A program made the translations under genes and the position numbers. A stretch of 64,000 nucleotides of DNA from an uncultured Prevotellaceae bacterium (GTDB lineage: Bacteria > Bacteroidota > Bacteroidia > Bacteroidales > Muribaculaceae). Every line of letters begins with the position of its first letter. The stretch's first letter is position 1. Where the stretch lies: assembly GCA_946186345.1 (NCBI GenBank), contig CAMHMV010000006.1, positions 30,521 to 94,520 of the forward strand, written 5' to 3'. Under the pieces are notes generated by a model. It had not been told where the DNA came from. It was given only the letters and a program-made list of their open reading frames with translations, and did not search any database. This document shows, piece after piece, positions 21,688 through 31,931 of the stretch.

Positions 21688-22137
21688 ATGAAGAAATTCT
21701 TTTTGACACTTTTCGCGATGATCGCGATGATGATTGCTGCTCCTGCAGCTCATGCTACTGACTGGTTTAGCGTGTGGTCCGACGGTGACGAGACGCTTGC
21801 TGTGAATCCCGAAATTTCGACCAGCGACAAAGGTACCAGCTACCTTGTCTGGGTGCGCAACTTCTATGAGACGCCCGAGTCTCGTGCCGCCTACAGCAAA
21901 GACCGTGGCTATGACAAGCCCGTGGCCTATAAGCTGACACTCTACAAGTTCACCGACGAATGGAACAAGTTCAACATCGTGCAGGTGTCTGTCTATGACG
22001 AAGACGGCAACATCATTGACCAGTATGCCAACCCCGACATGGCCTCTACCGAGAGCATCATCCCTGCGGGCTCGCCTATCGAGACCGTAGCCGAGGCCTC
22101 CAAGGTCATCTACGTGGTCAACAATGACCCTGAGTAA
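21688..22137 (+). CDS. Secreted hypothetical protein
   Basis: Signal peptide ending AHA; own TAACTTTG box and downstream hairpin. Confidence 0.8.
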   Translation: MKKFFLTLFAMIAMMIAAPAAHATDWFSVWSDGDETLAVNPEISTSDKGTSYLVWVRNFYETPESRAAYSKDRGYDKPVAYKLTLYKFTDEWNKFNIVQVSVYDEDGNIIDQYANPDMASTESIIPAGSPIETVAEASKVIYVVNNDPE

Positions 22138-22231
22138 TAATTAGGGTTCTACATGTGAAATCATCCCTCCTTGGCCCTTGCGTCGTGGAGGGATTTTTGT
22201 TTTTTCAAAACCATAGTTAAAGAATCCAGGA

Positions 22232-23269
22232 ATGCAACCGATCTCCATACGACTTCTCAACCAGCAGCTTGTTGCCCCTCAGTTCAACCGTCCTGCCGAG
22301 GTGGTCAGCCACATGGGCGCCATCCAGGCACAGGAATACCGCATGATGCGGTGGGCGGTGGGGATGCGGACACGCAAGCCCTCGGCCAAGGCTTTCAAGA
22401 GAGCCTTTGACAGCGGTGAAATCATCCGTCTGCATCTGATGCGAGGCACCTGGCAACTGGTTTCGGCCGATGACTACTGGCCAATGGTTGAACTGTGTGC
22501 GCCCAAGGCCATCGCTGTTACACGCGGGTGGATGAACAGCAATAGGATTACAATTCCGGACGAGGAACTGATGCGCGTCAGGGATCTCCTTGCCCAAACG
22601 GCAGCCGACAGGGGCAGTGTGACGAAGGAGGATTTTGTCACAGCGCTTGCCGAGAAAGATGTGCGTATGGATGACCATCGCCTGTCTTACCACATCCGCA
22701 TGGCAGAACTGTCGGGCACCCTGTGCAGCGGAGACCTGCTACCCATGAAGGCAACCTATGCACTCACTGCCAACAAAGTAGGGCCCAAGGTCAAGGTTGA
22801 CCGTGATGAAGCCTTGATGCGAATGACACTGAAGTATTTTCAGAGCCGCCAGCCCGCGACAATGGAGGACTTCGTGTGGTGGTCAGGACTGAACATCGGC
22901 GAGTGCCGCAAGGGGGTTGCACTCTTGGGCGACGCCCTGCAACTGGTGAAATGGAAGGGAAGGAACTTCTACTTGACGGACCATTGCCGCACACGAGGCT
23001 TCAGGCAGGGCCGCTTCCTGCTGATACCCCCTTATGACGAATACCTCATCAGCTACAAGAGCCGCGATATTGTACTCCGTGACGAGCACAGGCATCTGGC
23101 CCATAACAATAGCGGCATCTTCAAGCCCATTATTGCGCTGGACGGCATCATCAGTGGCAACTGGGCTCCCTTTATCAAAGACTGTCAAGTGGAAGCCTTC
23201 GACGGCGGGTTCAGTGCCCAGGACGTTCAGGACGCATGGCAGGCGTATAATGATTTCCTCTCAAGATAA
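22232..23269 (+). CDS. HTH_42 winged-helix protein, AlkZ-family DNA crosslink glycosylase
   Basis: QAQ catalytic-type motif, HLMRGTWQLV, DFVWWSGL, LIPPYDEYLISY. Confidence 0.85.
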   Translation: MQPISIRLLNQQLVAPQFNRPAEVVSHMGAIQAQEYRMMRWAVGMRTRKPSAKAFKRAFDSGEIIRLHLMRGTWQLVSADDYWPMVELCAPKAIAVTRGWMNSNRITIPDEELMRVRDLLAQTAADRGSVTKEDFVTALAEKDVRMDDHRLSYHIRMAELSGTLCSGDLLPMKATYALTANKVGPKVKVDRDEALMRMTLKYFQSRQPATMEDFVWWSGLNIGECRKGVALLGDALQLVKWKGRNFYLTDHCRTRGFRQGRFLLIPPYDEYLISYKSRDIVLRDEHRHLAHNNSGIFKPIIALDGIISGNWAPFIKDCQVEAFDGGFSAQDVQDAWQAYNDFLSR

Positions 23270-23372
23270 GGGGATACACCTTGGCGGTGAAATGAAAAAA
23301 AGTGAGTTTTTGTGAACCGCCTATGTTGTTTTTTTGATTACTTTTGGAGCAAATAACCAAAAGTAATGTGAC

Positions 23373-24911
23373 ATGAAAAGGATATTGACATGGATGCTGG
23401 CGCTTGCCGTGGTGGCTGGTGCTGGTGCTAAGACTAAGGCGGTGAAAACGCAGCCGCAACTGACGTTTGACCCGTCCATCGGCGAGACGAGAACCTTGAT
23501 GATGCCCAATGGCGAGGAGGTGAACTACACAGCCTATGAGGGCATGTTCTTCGTGACCAACGTGGAAGACTCCGCCTATCAGACCATCAACGTGTATGTG
23601 CCTAATGAGGCGACGCAGCAGACGCCGATTCTGCTGCGCACCTATGTGGGCGGCTATATGGCAGCCCCCGCCCAGCAACCCAAGGCCAGCGATGCCACGG
23701 GAAGGGCATTGAAGGAGGGCTATGTGGTCGCCATCCCCGGCAGCCGTGGCCGCAACTCGACAGTAGTTGCCATCAAAACAAATAAAAAGGCTGGCATCAA
23801 GAAGGGGCAGACCATCTATACGGGCCGCGCTCCCGCTGCCATCCTGGACCTGAAGGCCGCCATCCGTTACCTGCGTCAGTTTGATGACGTGATGCTTGGC
23901 GATGCCGAGAAGATCATCACCGACGGTACAAGTGCCGGTGGAGCGATGTCGAGTCTGATGGGCGCCACGGGCAACAACCCAGCCTATGAGCCGTTACTGC
24001 GTGAGATGGGTGCCGCCCAGCAGCGCGACGACGTGTTTGCCTCGGTGTGCTATTGCCCGATTATCGACTTGGACCATGCCGACATGGCTTATGAGTGGCT
24101 TTATAACGGCACCGAGAGCCGTCAGCAGGGCGATGCCGACGTGCTCGCCGTGAGCAACGAACTCAAGGCACAGTTCCCTGCCTATCTCGCAAGTCTGAAC
24201 CTGCACACGCCCGACGGCACACTGCTCAATGCCGACAATTACCTGGATTACATCAAGCGTGAACTCATCCGCGCAGCACAGCTTGCCAAGAATGCCGGCG
24301 CCGACATCCCCGACAGCCTCGGCTTCACGTTCAGCAAGGAGGACATGGGCGGAATGCCTCCCCTCAATGGCGGCATGCGTCAAGGTGGCGGACAGATGCC
24401 GCCTATGATGCAACGCGGCGGCCGTGGTGGCAAGCCAGGTGACTACATCATCGACCTGGATATGCCGACCTACCTCAACTATGTCGTTTCCACGCAGCCG
24501 CTGAAAACTGCTCCTGCCTTTGACACACAGGGAGTTGCTGGCGGACGAGCCTCGGGCGAAAACGAGGAGTTTGGCGACAAGAGCGGCAGTAGCGTCAACT
24601 TTACCGATTACAGCGCCGCCAAAACCGGTGCGGTCTTGACCGATGAAATCCGCGAAAACGTGCGCCTGTTGAATCCGATGAACTTCATCGGCGACGGCGT
24701 TACCGACGTGGCGCCACATTGGTATATCCGTCACGGAGCCCGTGACCGCGATACATCATTCCCCGTACCCATCAACCTCGCCCTCAAACTCCAGAATGCT
24801 GGCAAGGACGTCAATTTCCTGCTGGCATGGAACCGTCCTCACAGCGGCGACTACGCCCTCGACGAACTCTTTGAGTGGATCAACGGCATCGTGAAAAACA
24901 GCCGTCCCTAA
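23373..24911 (+). CDS. Secreted subtype-B tannase-like alpha/beta hydrolase
   Basis: GRAPAAILDLKAAIRYLR, nucleophile GTSAG, HADMAYEW, IRHGARDRD, HSGDY. Confidence 0.8.
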   Translation: MKRILTWMLALAVVAGAGAKTKAVKTQPQLTFDPSIGETRTLMMPNGEEVNYTAYEGMFFVTNVEDSAYQTINVYVPNEATQQTPILLRTYVGGYMAAPAQQPKASDATGRALKEGYVVAIPGSRGRNSTVVAIKTNKKAGIKKGQTIYTGRAPAAILDLKAAIRYLRQFDDVMLGDAEKIITDGTSAGGAMSSLMGATGNNPAYEPLLREMGAAQQRDDVFASVCYCPIIDLDHADMAYEWLYNGTESRQQGDADVLAVSNELKAQFPAYLASLNLHTPDGTLLNADNYLDYIKRELIRAAQLAKNAGADIPDSLGFTFSKEDMGGMPPLNGGMRQGGGQMPPMMQRGGRGGKPGDYIIDLDMPTYLNYVVSTQPLKTAPAFDTQGVAGGRASGENEEFGDKSGSSVNFTDYSAAKTGAVLTDEIRENVRLLNPMNFIGDGVTDVAPHWYIRHGARDRDTSFPVPINLALKLQNAGKDVNFLLAWNRPHSGDYALDELFEWINGIVKNSRP

Positions 24912-24950
24912 CAACAACCGTTTGTAACCTACAGAATGGTGCTTATACAT

Positions 24951-24992
24951 AATGGACCCCAAAAGTTGGACAAAAAACTTTTGGGGTCCATT
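24951..24992. repeat. Palindrome resembling fused IS3/IS150-family ends; probable terminator
   Basis: AATGGACCCCAAAAGTT-GGACAAAA-AACTTTTGGGGTCCATT between convergent genes. Confidence 0.55.
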
Positions 24993-25107
24993 TTATCATT
25001 CAATCTGATGGAACTATCACCGCCTGTGCGTCAGCACGGATAAACTACTGGGTGGGTGTTATGGCACACCTTCCACGAAGTGTTGAGGGAAGGGGAGTAT
25101 CAGATAT

Positions 25108-25689
25108 TTACTTTTTCCAGGCACCGATGATTTCGCCGATATAGACGGCGTGGATACCTGCACTGAACCTGTCGTAGAAATTGCGCGGGGTGTCGTTGCG
25201 GAAGTCCTTGGCCTCTTGATGGAAGGCTGTGATGATTTCACACTCAATCACCGTCTTGGCCTCGGTGTAATAGGGCGTCCCGTTGGGCGTATAGGCCACA
25301 TGCAGGCCCAGTGCCGCCGCTTTGTCTCCGTCACGGCCGCTGTGACTGCCCATGTAACTTGCTACCTCCTCGTCGTCAAACTCCATGATGGTGAACCTTG
25401 GGTAGCGCTCCATGAACTCATAGGTGTAACGTGCCGGAGCCACATAGACGCTCACGGTCAGACGGTTGTAACCCAGGTAATTGCCCAGGCTACCCCAGCC
25501 GATGGTCATGGCGTTGTGGGCTGTCTTGTCACCGGACAGCAGGATAGGTGCCCGGGAAAAGAACGTGAACGCATTATCGGTAAACTCCTCTTTCAGGTTA
25601 ATCTCCTTGTAGCCCTCAAGGGACTGGGCTAGAACGTCTTGCACTGATAACATTGTCAACATAATGGCAAAAATGATGTACTTCTTCAT
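25108..25689 (-). CDS. Flavin reductase-like protein with signal peptide
   Basis: NAMTIGWG, RYTYEF, GSHSGRDGDK, HAVYIGEI. Confidence 0.85.
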   Translation of the reverse strand: MKKYIIFAIMLTMLSVQDVLAQSLEGYKEINLKEEFTDNAFTFFSRAPILLSGDKTAHNAMTIGWGSLGNYLGYNRLTVSVYVAPARYTYEFMERYPRFTIMEFDDEEVASYMGSHSGRDGDKAAALGLHVAYTPNGTPYYTEAKTVIECEIITAFHQEAKDFRNDTPRNFYDRFSAGIHAVYIGEIIGAWKK

Positions 25690-25958
25690 ACTCCGAAACT
25701 TTGGTTGTTATGTCCTGCAAAGATACAGAACACCCAAGAATTTCCCAAAAGAAAATCCCAATAACCCTTCAAAATGCAATAAAATGAAGCGCCTGTTTTG
25801 CTAAAACAGGAAAAAAGATGCGGTTTTTGCGAAAAAATCATTAACTTTGTAGGCGAGAAGGCGTGAATCATGAATGACCTTCACCCTTTACCTGAATGAA
25901 CTGTCATCAACGAATGAATCAACATGATCAATACTATTCACATTAAACTACAACCACT

Positions 25959-26474
25959 ATGAACATCCTGATTTTACAAGGCTCGCCCAGAGCGAACGGC
26001 AACACCGCATGGATGGCCGAAGAGTACAAGAACGCTGCCCTGGCAGCAGGTCATGACGTGACACTGGTCAACGTGTCGAAGAAGAAAATTGCGGGCTGTT
26101 TGGCTTGTGAGTACTGCCACGGCAAGGGCAACGGTGCCTGCATCCAGCAGGACGACATGCAGGAGCTCTATCCGCTGATGGCCGATGCCGACGTGCTGGT
26201 GCTGGCTGCCCCCATCTATTACTTCACGCTGGCTGCCCAGATTCAGGCGCCCATCCAGCGCATGTACTGTGTGAACAGCCCCGCCAAGGTGAAGAAGATG
26301 GCGCTGCTCATGTCCTCCTATTCGCCCGGCGTGTATGACGGTGCTATGGCTGAGTACCGCGACATCTGCAACTACTGGAAGGTAGAGGATACCGGCATCG
26401 TGACCGCCAATGTTGAAGAGCAGAAGACCGACGCCACCAAGCAGAAGATCCAAGACCTGGTAAGCAAACTGTAA
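25959..26474 (+). CDS. Flavodoxin-like / iron-sulfur flavoprotein (NADPH-dependent FMN reductase family)
   Basis: GSPRANGNT; CLACEYC...C; PIYY. Confidence 0.88.
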   Translation: MNILILQGSPRANGNTAWMAEEYKNAALAAGHDVTLVNVSKKKIAGCLACEYCHGKGNGACIQQDDMQELYPLMADADVLVLAAPIYYFTLAAQIQAPIQRMYCVNSPAKVKKMALLMSSYSPGVYDGAMAEYRDICNYWKVEDTGIVTANVEEQKTDATKQKIQDLVSKL

Positions 26475-26498
26475 AAGACATTATCATTCAAGACTATT

Positions 26499-27245
26499 AT
26501 GGAAATCAAAGCAATCCGCATGTTTGACGGCGGCTTCATGAACCAGCCGTTCGCCTTCGGAGGCGAGGAGGGTAGGGAAGCCTTCGACGACCAAATCATC
26601 TACCGCAGCAGTCTGCAGAACTTCCTCATCGACACGGGCGACGAGGTGATACTGATTGACACAGGCTTCAAGGCCGACTTTAATGCCCCTGCCAAAAAGC
26701 TGGGTGCTCCGCTCTATATGGGCGAGCTGGTAGCTGACTTTATGACGGCGTTTGGCGCTCTCGGCTATCAACCCGAGCAGGTGACTAAGATTCTCATTAC
26801 CCACAAGCATCCCGACCACAGCGACTGCATCGGCGCGTTCCCCAATGCCAAGATTTATATCGCTCCCGAGGATGCCGATGCGATGAAGCTGGAGGGCGAG
26901 AACATCGTCCGTGCCGCCTATGGCCAGGCCTATCACAACTTCCCCAACGCGATGCAGGTGGTCGACGGCCTCTGGTTTATTGAGGCAAGGGGGCACACCA
27001 ACGGCAACAGCATCGCCGTACTGGAGCACGACGGCTTGTTCTATATGTTCCACGGCGACGTGACCTACTGCGACGCTGCGTTGAAGGCCAACAAACTCTC
27101 GATCATCTTCGAGGACCAGGCAGCAGCCCGCGAGACGCTTGACCGCGTGCGCGAATTCATCCAGCAGAATCCCACCGTTTATCTCTCCACCCATTGCCCC
27201 GAGGGCTACGAGAACCTGGAGATGAAACGCGTTATGAAGCTGTAA
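26499..27245 (+). CDS. Metallo-beta-lactamase-fold hydrolase
   Basis: LIDTG, THKHPDH (HxHxDH), GHT, GD, terminal H. Confidence 0.88.
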   Translation: MEIKAIRMFDGGFMNQPFAFGGEEGREAFDDQIIYRSSLQNFLIDTGDEVILIDTGFKADFNAPAKKLGAPLYMGELVADFMTAFGALGYQPEQVTKILITHKHPDHSDCIGAFPNAKIYIAPEDADAMKLEGENIVRAAYGQAYHNFPNAMQVVDGLWFIEARGHTNGNSIAVLEHDGLFYMFHGDVTYCDAALKANKLSIIFEDQAAARETLDRVREFIQQNPTVYLSTHCPEGYENLEMKRVMKL

Positions 27246-27292
27246 ATGCTCGCTGCGCTCGCAGTTTAGAGTTTAGTGTTTAGTGTTTAGAG
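27246..27292 (+). repeat. Dispersed repeat with heptamer tail, copy 1
   Basis: ATGCTCGCTGCGCTCGCAG followed by TTTAGWG units; second copy at 32432-32471. Confidence 0.65.
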
Positions 27293-27332
27293 AGTCATCC
27301 GCACTCCGTTTGACAGGAGTGCGGATGACTCT
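27291..27332. terminator. Intrinsic terminator after the MBL-fold gene
   Basis: AGAGTCATCCGCACTCC...GGAGTGCGGATGACTCT 17-bp stem. Confidence 0.75.
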
Positions 27333-27358
27333 TTAACCTTAAATAATGTGATTTCGAC

Positions 27359-27385
27359 GAACCTTTAGCTCGGCGAAGCCAAATT
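27359..27385 (-). repeat. 27-bp core of the MITE-like element (inverted partial copy)
   Basis: Reverse complement AATTTGGCTTCGCCGAGCTAAAGGTTC is identical to the cores at ~42591 and ~49031. Confidence 0.75.
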
Positions 27386-27463
27386 GTTGATTGTCAATCA
27401 GCGTGTTAATGCCCCCTAAGATTGGAGGGAGAGGGTCAGTCGGTCACGATAGCATGAGCGGAC

Positions 27464-27886
27464 TCACTTGTAGATGGCGTCTCGCAGTTCTGCAAAGCCA
27501 ATCTGCGTTTTCCACACGTTATCTTCCTTGTAAAGGCGGAATTTTTTCTTCTTGACCGAGCCATCACTCAGTGTGATGTCACAGACCACTTCGGTGTAGC
27601 CGTCACGAATCTTTGCTTTCTTGGCAGTAACCTTGAATTTCTTTTCGGTGAGCTGTTTGAAGAATTCGTTCTTTTGATAATCGCTCAACTTGTCGTTTTC
27701 TTTGAATTTCACAGCCTCCTTAAGGAACTTTTTGTCACTTTTGTTGGGCAACTCGTTGAAGAGCGCTTCAACGGCCTGCTTGGCATTGCGGTGGTACTTG
27801 TCGAGGTCAAGCACTGGGCTGTCGCAAGCACTTAGCCCAATGATACACAAGAGTGAAATAATTAAAATGCGCATGAAATGTTTCAT
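27464..27886 (-). CDS. Small lipoprotein, DUF4878/NTF2-like
   Basis: Lipobox LSAC; C-terminal L.KED..WK pattern. Confidence 0.65.
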   Translation of the reverse strand: MKHFMRILIISLLCIIGLSACDSPVLDLDKYHRNAKQAVEALFNELPNKSDKKFLKEAVKFKENDKLSDYQKNEFFKQLTEKKFKVTAKKAKIRDGYTEVVCDITLSDGSVKKKKFRLYKEDNVWKTQIGFAELRDAIYK

Positions 27887-27908
27887 AATTCTATCAGGTT
27901 TTAGTGGC

Positions 27909-28943
27909 TCATTTGTTTTTTGCGGCTGAGACCCAGACGGGTTCGGCATCCATGACTGGCTTGTTGACGGCCATCACGCCCGAGAGGTTGTGCGGCACGT
28001 AGGGCTCTTCGAGGTAGTGAATGTCGTCGGCTGTCAGTTGGATGTCAAGCGAGCGGACGGCACCCTCAATGTGGTGAAGTTTTGTGGCTCCCACGATGGG
28101 CGACTCTACCTTGGTCAGCAGCCAGGCCAGCGAAATCTGCGTCATCTCCACGCCGTAACGGTCGGCGAGTTCCACGACGCGCTCCACGATGCGGTTGTCT
28201 TGCTCGGCGGTGGCGTCATACTTGAAATGCATGAAGGCGTCTTTTTCCTGACGCAGCGAGGTCTCGCCGGGACGTTTTGCCAGTTTGCCTGACGCCAGGG
28301 CGCTGTAAGGCGTCTGTGCGATGTTGTCCTCGCGGCACAGCGGCTGCATCTCGCGCTCCTCCTCGCGCATAATCAGGTTGTAGTGGTTCTGCACGCTGAT
28401 GAACTTCGTCCAACCGTTCTTCTCGGCCAGTGCGTTCATCTTGGCCAACTGGTAGGCATAGGCGTTGGCGATGCCAATGTAGCGGGCTTTGCCCGTACGG
28501 ACAGCCTCGTTCATGCCCTCGAGGATTTCCTCGGCAGGCGTCTTGTAGTCCCAGATATGGTAGATGTACAGGTCCACATAGTCCATGCCCAGGTGCTGCA
28601 GGCTGCTGTCGATATTGTTCAGCACGTGCTGGCGGCCATCGATGCCAGTAGCGATTTCTTCATCGGTGCGCGGCAGGAATTTGGTGGCAACGACCACGTC
28701 ATCGCGCCGCGCCATATCGCGCAAAGCCCGTCCTACATACTGCTCGGACGTGCCCAATTGGTAGGCGATGGCGGTGTCAAAGAAGTTCACGCCCAGGTCG
28801 AGGCTGCGGCGGATGATCTCACGTGTCGGTTCCTCGCCGATGGTCCATGAGTGCTGGCCGATGGTCGGGTCACCGAAGCCCATGCAACCCAGGCAGATGC
28901 GCGATACGCGCAGGTCAGAATTTCCCAGTTTTACGTATTCCAT
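27909..28943 (-). CDS. Aldo/keto reductase
   Basis: VSRICLGCMGFG, FFDTAIAY, VVATK, DYVDLYIYH. Confidence 0.93.
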   Translation of the reverse strand: MEYVKLGNSDLRVSRICLGCMGFGDPTIGQHSWTIGEEPTREIIRRSLDLGVNFFDTAIAYQLGTSEQYVGRALRDMARRDDVVVATKFLPRTDEEIATGIDGRQHVLNNIDSSLQHLGMDYVDLYIYHIWDYKTPAEEILEGMNEAVRTGKARYIGIANAYAYQLAKMNALAEKNGWTKFISVQNHYNLIMREEEREMQPLCREDNIAQTPYSALASGKLAKRPGETSLRQEKDAFMHFKYDATAEQDNRIVERVVELADRYGVEMTQISLAWLLTKVESPIVGATKLHHIEGAVRSLDIQLTADDIHYLEEPYVPHNLSGVMAVNKPVMDAEPVWVSAAKNK

Positions 28944-28944
28944 A

Positions 28945-30291
28945 TTATCGTTGTTTCTTAAAGATCAGTTGCATCGTTTCAGGGTCAAGGGGTTTCATCG
29001 TGGGCAGTTTCAGGCTCTTGACCATGTGCAATGTGCCCTGCTTGTATTTCTGGAAGTGGTCGGTCTTCAGGTGCTGCTGGTAGGCTGCATCCGAAGCGTA
29101 GATTTCGAGGATGCGGATCTGTGTGGAGTCTTCGGCGCTATGCATCGGGTAGAGGCAGATGACACCCGGCTCACGCTCCACCGATAAACGGTCCACCTCG
29201 TTAGCAAATATCAGATATTCCGACAGATACTCAGGATAAACCTCGATTTCGGCAATGCGGACAATCATTTGATTTGGTATGGGACTGATGGATGGCTTTT
29301 CGCTGGTTAAGCCGAATAAGTACTCGGCATTCTTGAAGAGAATCATGTCGCGATAGGGGGCGAGGTCGGGCTCATCGGTGAGGTACTGCTTCATCCTCTT
29401 GAGGCCCTGTGTGAGCACCTGCGGAGCCACATAGGGGTAGTCGGAGCCGTATAGCAGATGGTCGGGTGTGGTGATGGTGAGCATCATGCGGATGGTCTCG
29501 GGCGAATGGGCGCCTGCCAGGTCATAGTAGAGCGTAGCCAGGTTGGCCTCCCAATCAATGTCGCCCACCATCTTGTTGGCTTGCATGACGGGCGTGAGCG
29601 ACTTCATGCGCGGGATGGCCAGCGGCAGATAGGCTCCGCAATGAGGCACCACGACCTTCACGTTAGGGTAGCGGGCCAGCACGTTGCGGCTGATCATGTT
29701 GCTCACGGCACGGGTCGTCTCCGACAGGTATTCCTGCATGGCGAGCGGCGTCTGTGCCATCACCTCGCGGTTGACTGGAGTAGGGCAGTGCGGATGCAGG
29801 ATGATGACTGCCCGGCGCTCGTTGAGCACCGAGAAGAGCGTGTCGAGTTCGGGCGAGCCCAGGTATTGACCTTGAATGTTGGTCGCCAATTTAATGCCGT
29901 CGGCCTTGAGCGTGTCGAGCGCATAGACGGTCTCGCGGATAGCGGCATCCACATCGGGCAGCGGCAGGGCGGCGCAAAACAGGAAACGGCCGGGATACTG
30001 CCGCTTGAGTTGTGAGGCTGATTCGTTGGTCTGCCTGATAGTTGCTGCCGATGAGGGTTGTGGTGCGGCGAGGGTCAATACCGAAGTCTTGACGCCCGCC
30101 TCGTCCATCCACTGCAACTGTTTCTCGGCATCGTAGGCAGGCACGGGAAATCCCTCTTCCATCAAGCGGCCTTCAGCCTTCAATGCTGACAAAAACTCAG
30201 GTGTGATGATGTGGCTGTGCACATCGATCACATCCTGAGCGATAGCGCTGGCTGCAACCATGATTGCAAAAATCGCAGTCCTTATTCTCAT
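28945..30291 (-). CDS. Amidohydrolase_2 family protein fused to a C-terminal ABM (monooxygenase-like) domain
   Basis: IDVHSH, LHPH, PHCGA, YGSDYP; C-terminal EPGV...EIYASDAAYQQHLKTDHFQKY. Confidence 0.85.
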   Translation of the reverse strand: MRIRTAIFAIMVAASAIAQDVIDVHSHIITPEFLSALKAEGRLMEEGFPVPAYDAEKQLQWMDEAGVKTSVLTLAAPQPSSAATIRQTNESASQLKRQYPGRFLFCAALPLPDVDAAIRETVYALDTLKADGIKLATNIQGQYLGSPELDTLFSVLNERRAVIILHPHCPTPVNREVMAQTPLAMQEYLSETTRAVSNMISRNVLARYPNVKVVVPHCGAYLPLAIPRMKSLTPVMQANKMVGDIDWEANLATLYYDLAGAHSPETIRMMLTITTPDHLLYGSDYPYVAPQVLTQGLKRMKQYLTDEPDLAPYRDMILFKNAEYLFGLTSEKPSISPIPNQMIVRIAEIEVYPEYLSEYLIFANEVDRLSVEREPGVICLYPMHSAEDSTQIRILEIYASDAAYQQHLKTDHFQKYKQGTLHMVKSLKLPTMKPLDPETMQLIFKKQR

Positions 30292-30294
30292 GAT

Positions 30295-31236
30295 TTATTC
30301 CATTGTATGTTCCCAGTCGCCTCGGGTGTCGATACCCGTAGCGTCGGCAAACTGTTCGAGACGGGTTACCTCTTCAGCCGTCAGCTGGATCTTTGCGGCC
30401 TCGGCAGCCTCGATGACGTGGCGCTCTTTGGTCGCTCCGATGAGGGGCAGAGTGCCTTTGGCGATAGCCCAGGCGATGCCCACTTGTGAGCACGACACGC
30501 CATACTTCTTGCCAATGGCAGTCATTTCGTTGGTCAGTGCCTCCAGTTGCGGAAGTACCGCGTTGTATTTCTTGCCACGGTCGCTCTCGGCAGGCAGGGG
30601 GTTTTCCTTGTTGTATTTTCCTGAGAGGGCGCCCTGCTCCAGCACCATATAGGCCCAGAACTCAATGCCATGCTGCTTGCAGTAATCCAGCACGCCTCCC
30701 TTTTCACTCGAGCGATAGAGCAGCGAGAAATGGTTCTGCACAGCGCTCACTTTGAAGCCTGCTTCACCCAATATCTCATTGGCACGCTGAATCTCCTTGA
30801 TGTTGTGGTTGCTCACACCGACGCGTTTCACCTTGCCACTCTTGAGCAAAGGAATCAGGCCGGGTGTCCACTGCTCCACATCCATGGGATTGTGAATCCA
30901 ATAAATGTCGATAAAGTCGCAACCCATGCGCTCAATGGATGCATCGGCCATCTTCTCGACAGAGTTCTCGTACATTTCAGCAAGCTGCGGTGTGAACTTG
31001 GTGGAAATCAGCACATCGTCGCGGTTTACCGATTTTATCAACGTGCCGAGGATGCGTTCCGACTCGCCCATGCCATAAACTGTCGCTGTGTCCCACAAGT
31101 TCAAGCCAGCCTTCATGGCTGCGTAAAACACAGGCTTCAGATTCACCTCGTCGGTCGTCGAACCAAACACCATGTCACCACCAAATGCACCTGCACCCCA
31201 AGCCCAAGTGCCTAATGCAATCTTTGTCTCTTTCAT
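30295..31236 (-). CDS. Aldo/keto reductase
   Basis: ALGTWAWG, WDTATVYG, ISTKF, IYWIH, VGVSN. Confidence 0.93.
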   Translation of the reverse strand: MKETKIALGTWAWGAGAFGGDMVFGSTTDEVNLKPVFYAAMKAGLNLWDTATVYGMGESERILGTLIKSVNRDDVLISTKFTPQLAEMYENSVEKMADASIERMGCDFIDIYWIHNPMDVEQWTPGLIPLLKSGKVKRVGVSNHNIKEIQRANEILGEAGFKVSAVQNHFSLLYRSSEKGGVLDYCKQHGIEFWAYMVLEQGALSGKYNKENPLPAESDRGKKYNAVLPQLEALTNEMTAIGKKYGVSCSQVGIAWAIAKGTLPLIGATKERHVIEAAEAAKIQLTAEEVTRLEQFADATGIDTRGDWEHTME

Positions 31237-31525
31237 ATTGTCTTTTTAGTTAAGTTTCAGTTTCAGTGGCAAAGTTACAAAGATTACTCATAAATCGTGT
31301 TAAACGATTTACTTGCTATACAACCATTTTTACTGATTTTTGGATATTGTGACGCCTTGGATGGCGATAGGATGACCACTAGGCGAGCAATCTGTGCTGA
31401 AAAACAGGTGACCAAAATCTTGTGGGGATTGGGCATTTAGCAAAAAAACGCTAACTTTGCGGGAGAAAAAGAGAAGACAAACTTCAAGCGTTTAGGACCT
31501 ATTGAACAAGACCTACAGTTAGATT

Positions 31526-31915
31526 ATGATACACGTCAACAAAGTACACCACATTGCCATCATCTGCTCGGACTATGAGCGGAGTCTTGAATTCTACAAA
31601 AAAGTGCTGGGGTTTACCGTCCTGGCCGAGAATTACCGTGAGGACAGCAAGTCGTACAAGACTGATCTGGCCCTTGGTAACGAATATGTGATAGAGTTAT
31701 TCTCTTTCCCGTCTCCGCCCGCGCGGCCCACCAATCCCGAGGCTGCGGGTCTTCGCCATTTGGCTTTTGAGGTCGACGATATACTGGCCGAGGCAAAAGA
31801 GCTGGAACGTCTTGGCATTGAGCATGAACCCATCAGGATTGACAAAACCACCAATCGCCGTTTCATGTTTTTCCCCGACCCCGATGGCTTGCCCCTAGAG
31901 TTGTATGAACGCTAA
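31526..31915 (+). CDS. VOC/glyoxalase family protein (YaeR-like)
   Basis: HHIAII, GLRHLAFEV, DPDGLPLELYE. Confidence 0.92.
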   Translation: MIHVNKVHHIAIICSDYERSLEFYKKVLGFTVLAENYREDSKSYKTDLALGNEYVIELFSFPSPPARPTNPEAAGLRHLAFEVDDILAEAKELERLGIEHEPIRIDKTTNRRFMFFPDPDGLPLELYER

Positions 31916-31931
31916 ACCCTGATTGAGCGGC

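Noticed and set aside
26499-27245. MBL-fold protein as a beta-lactamase
   Set aside because: No signal peptide; HxHxDH is shared by the whole superfamily and the context is a flavoprotein operon
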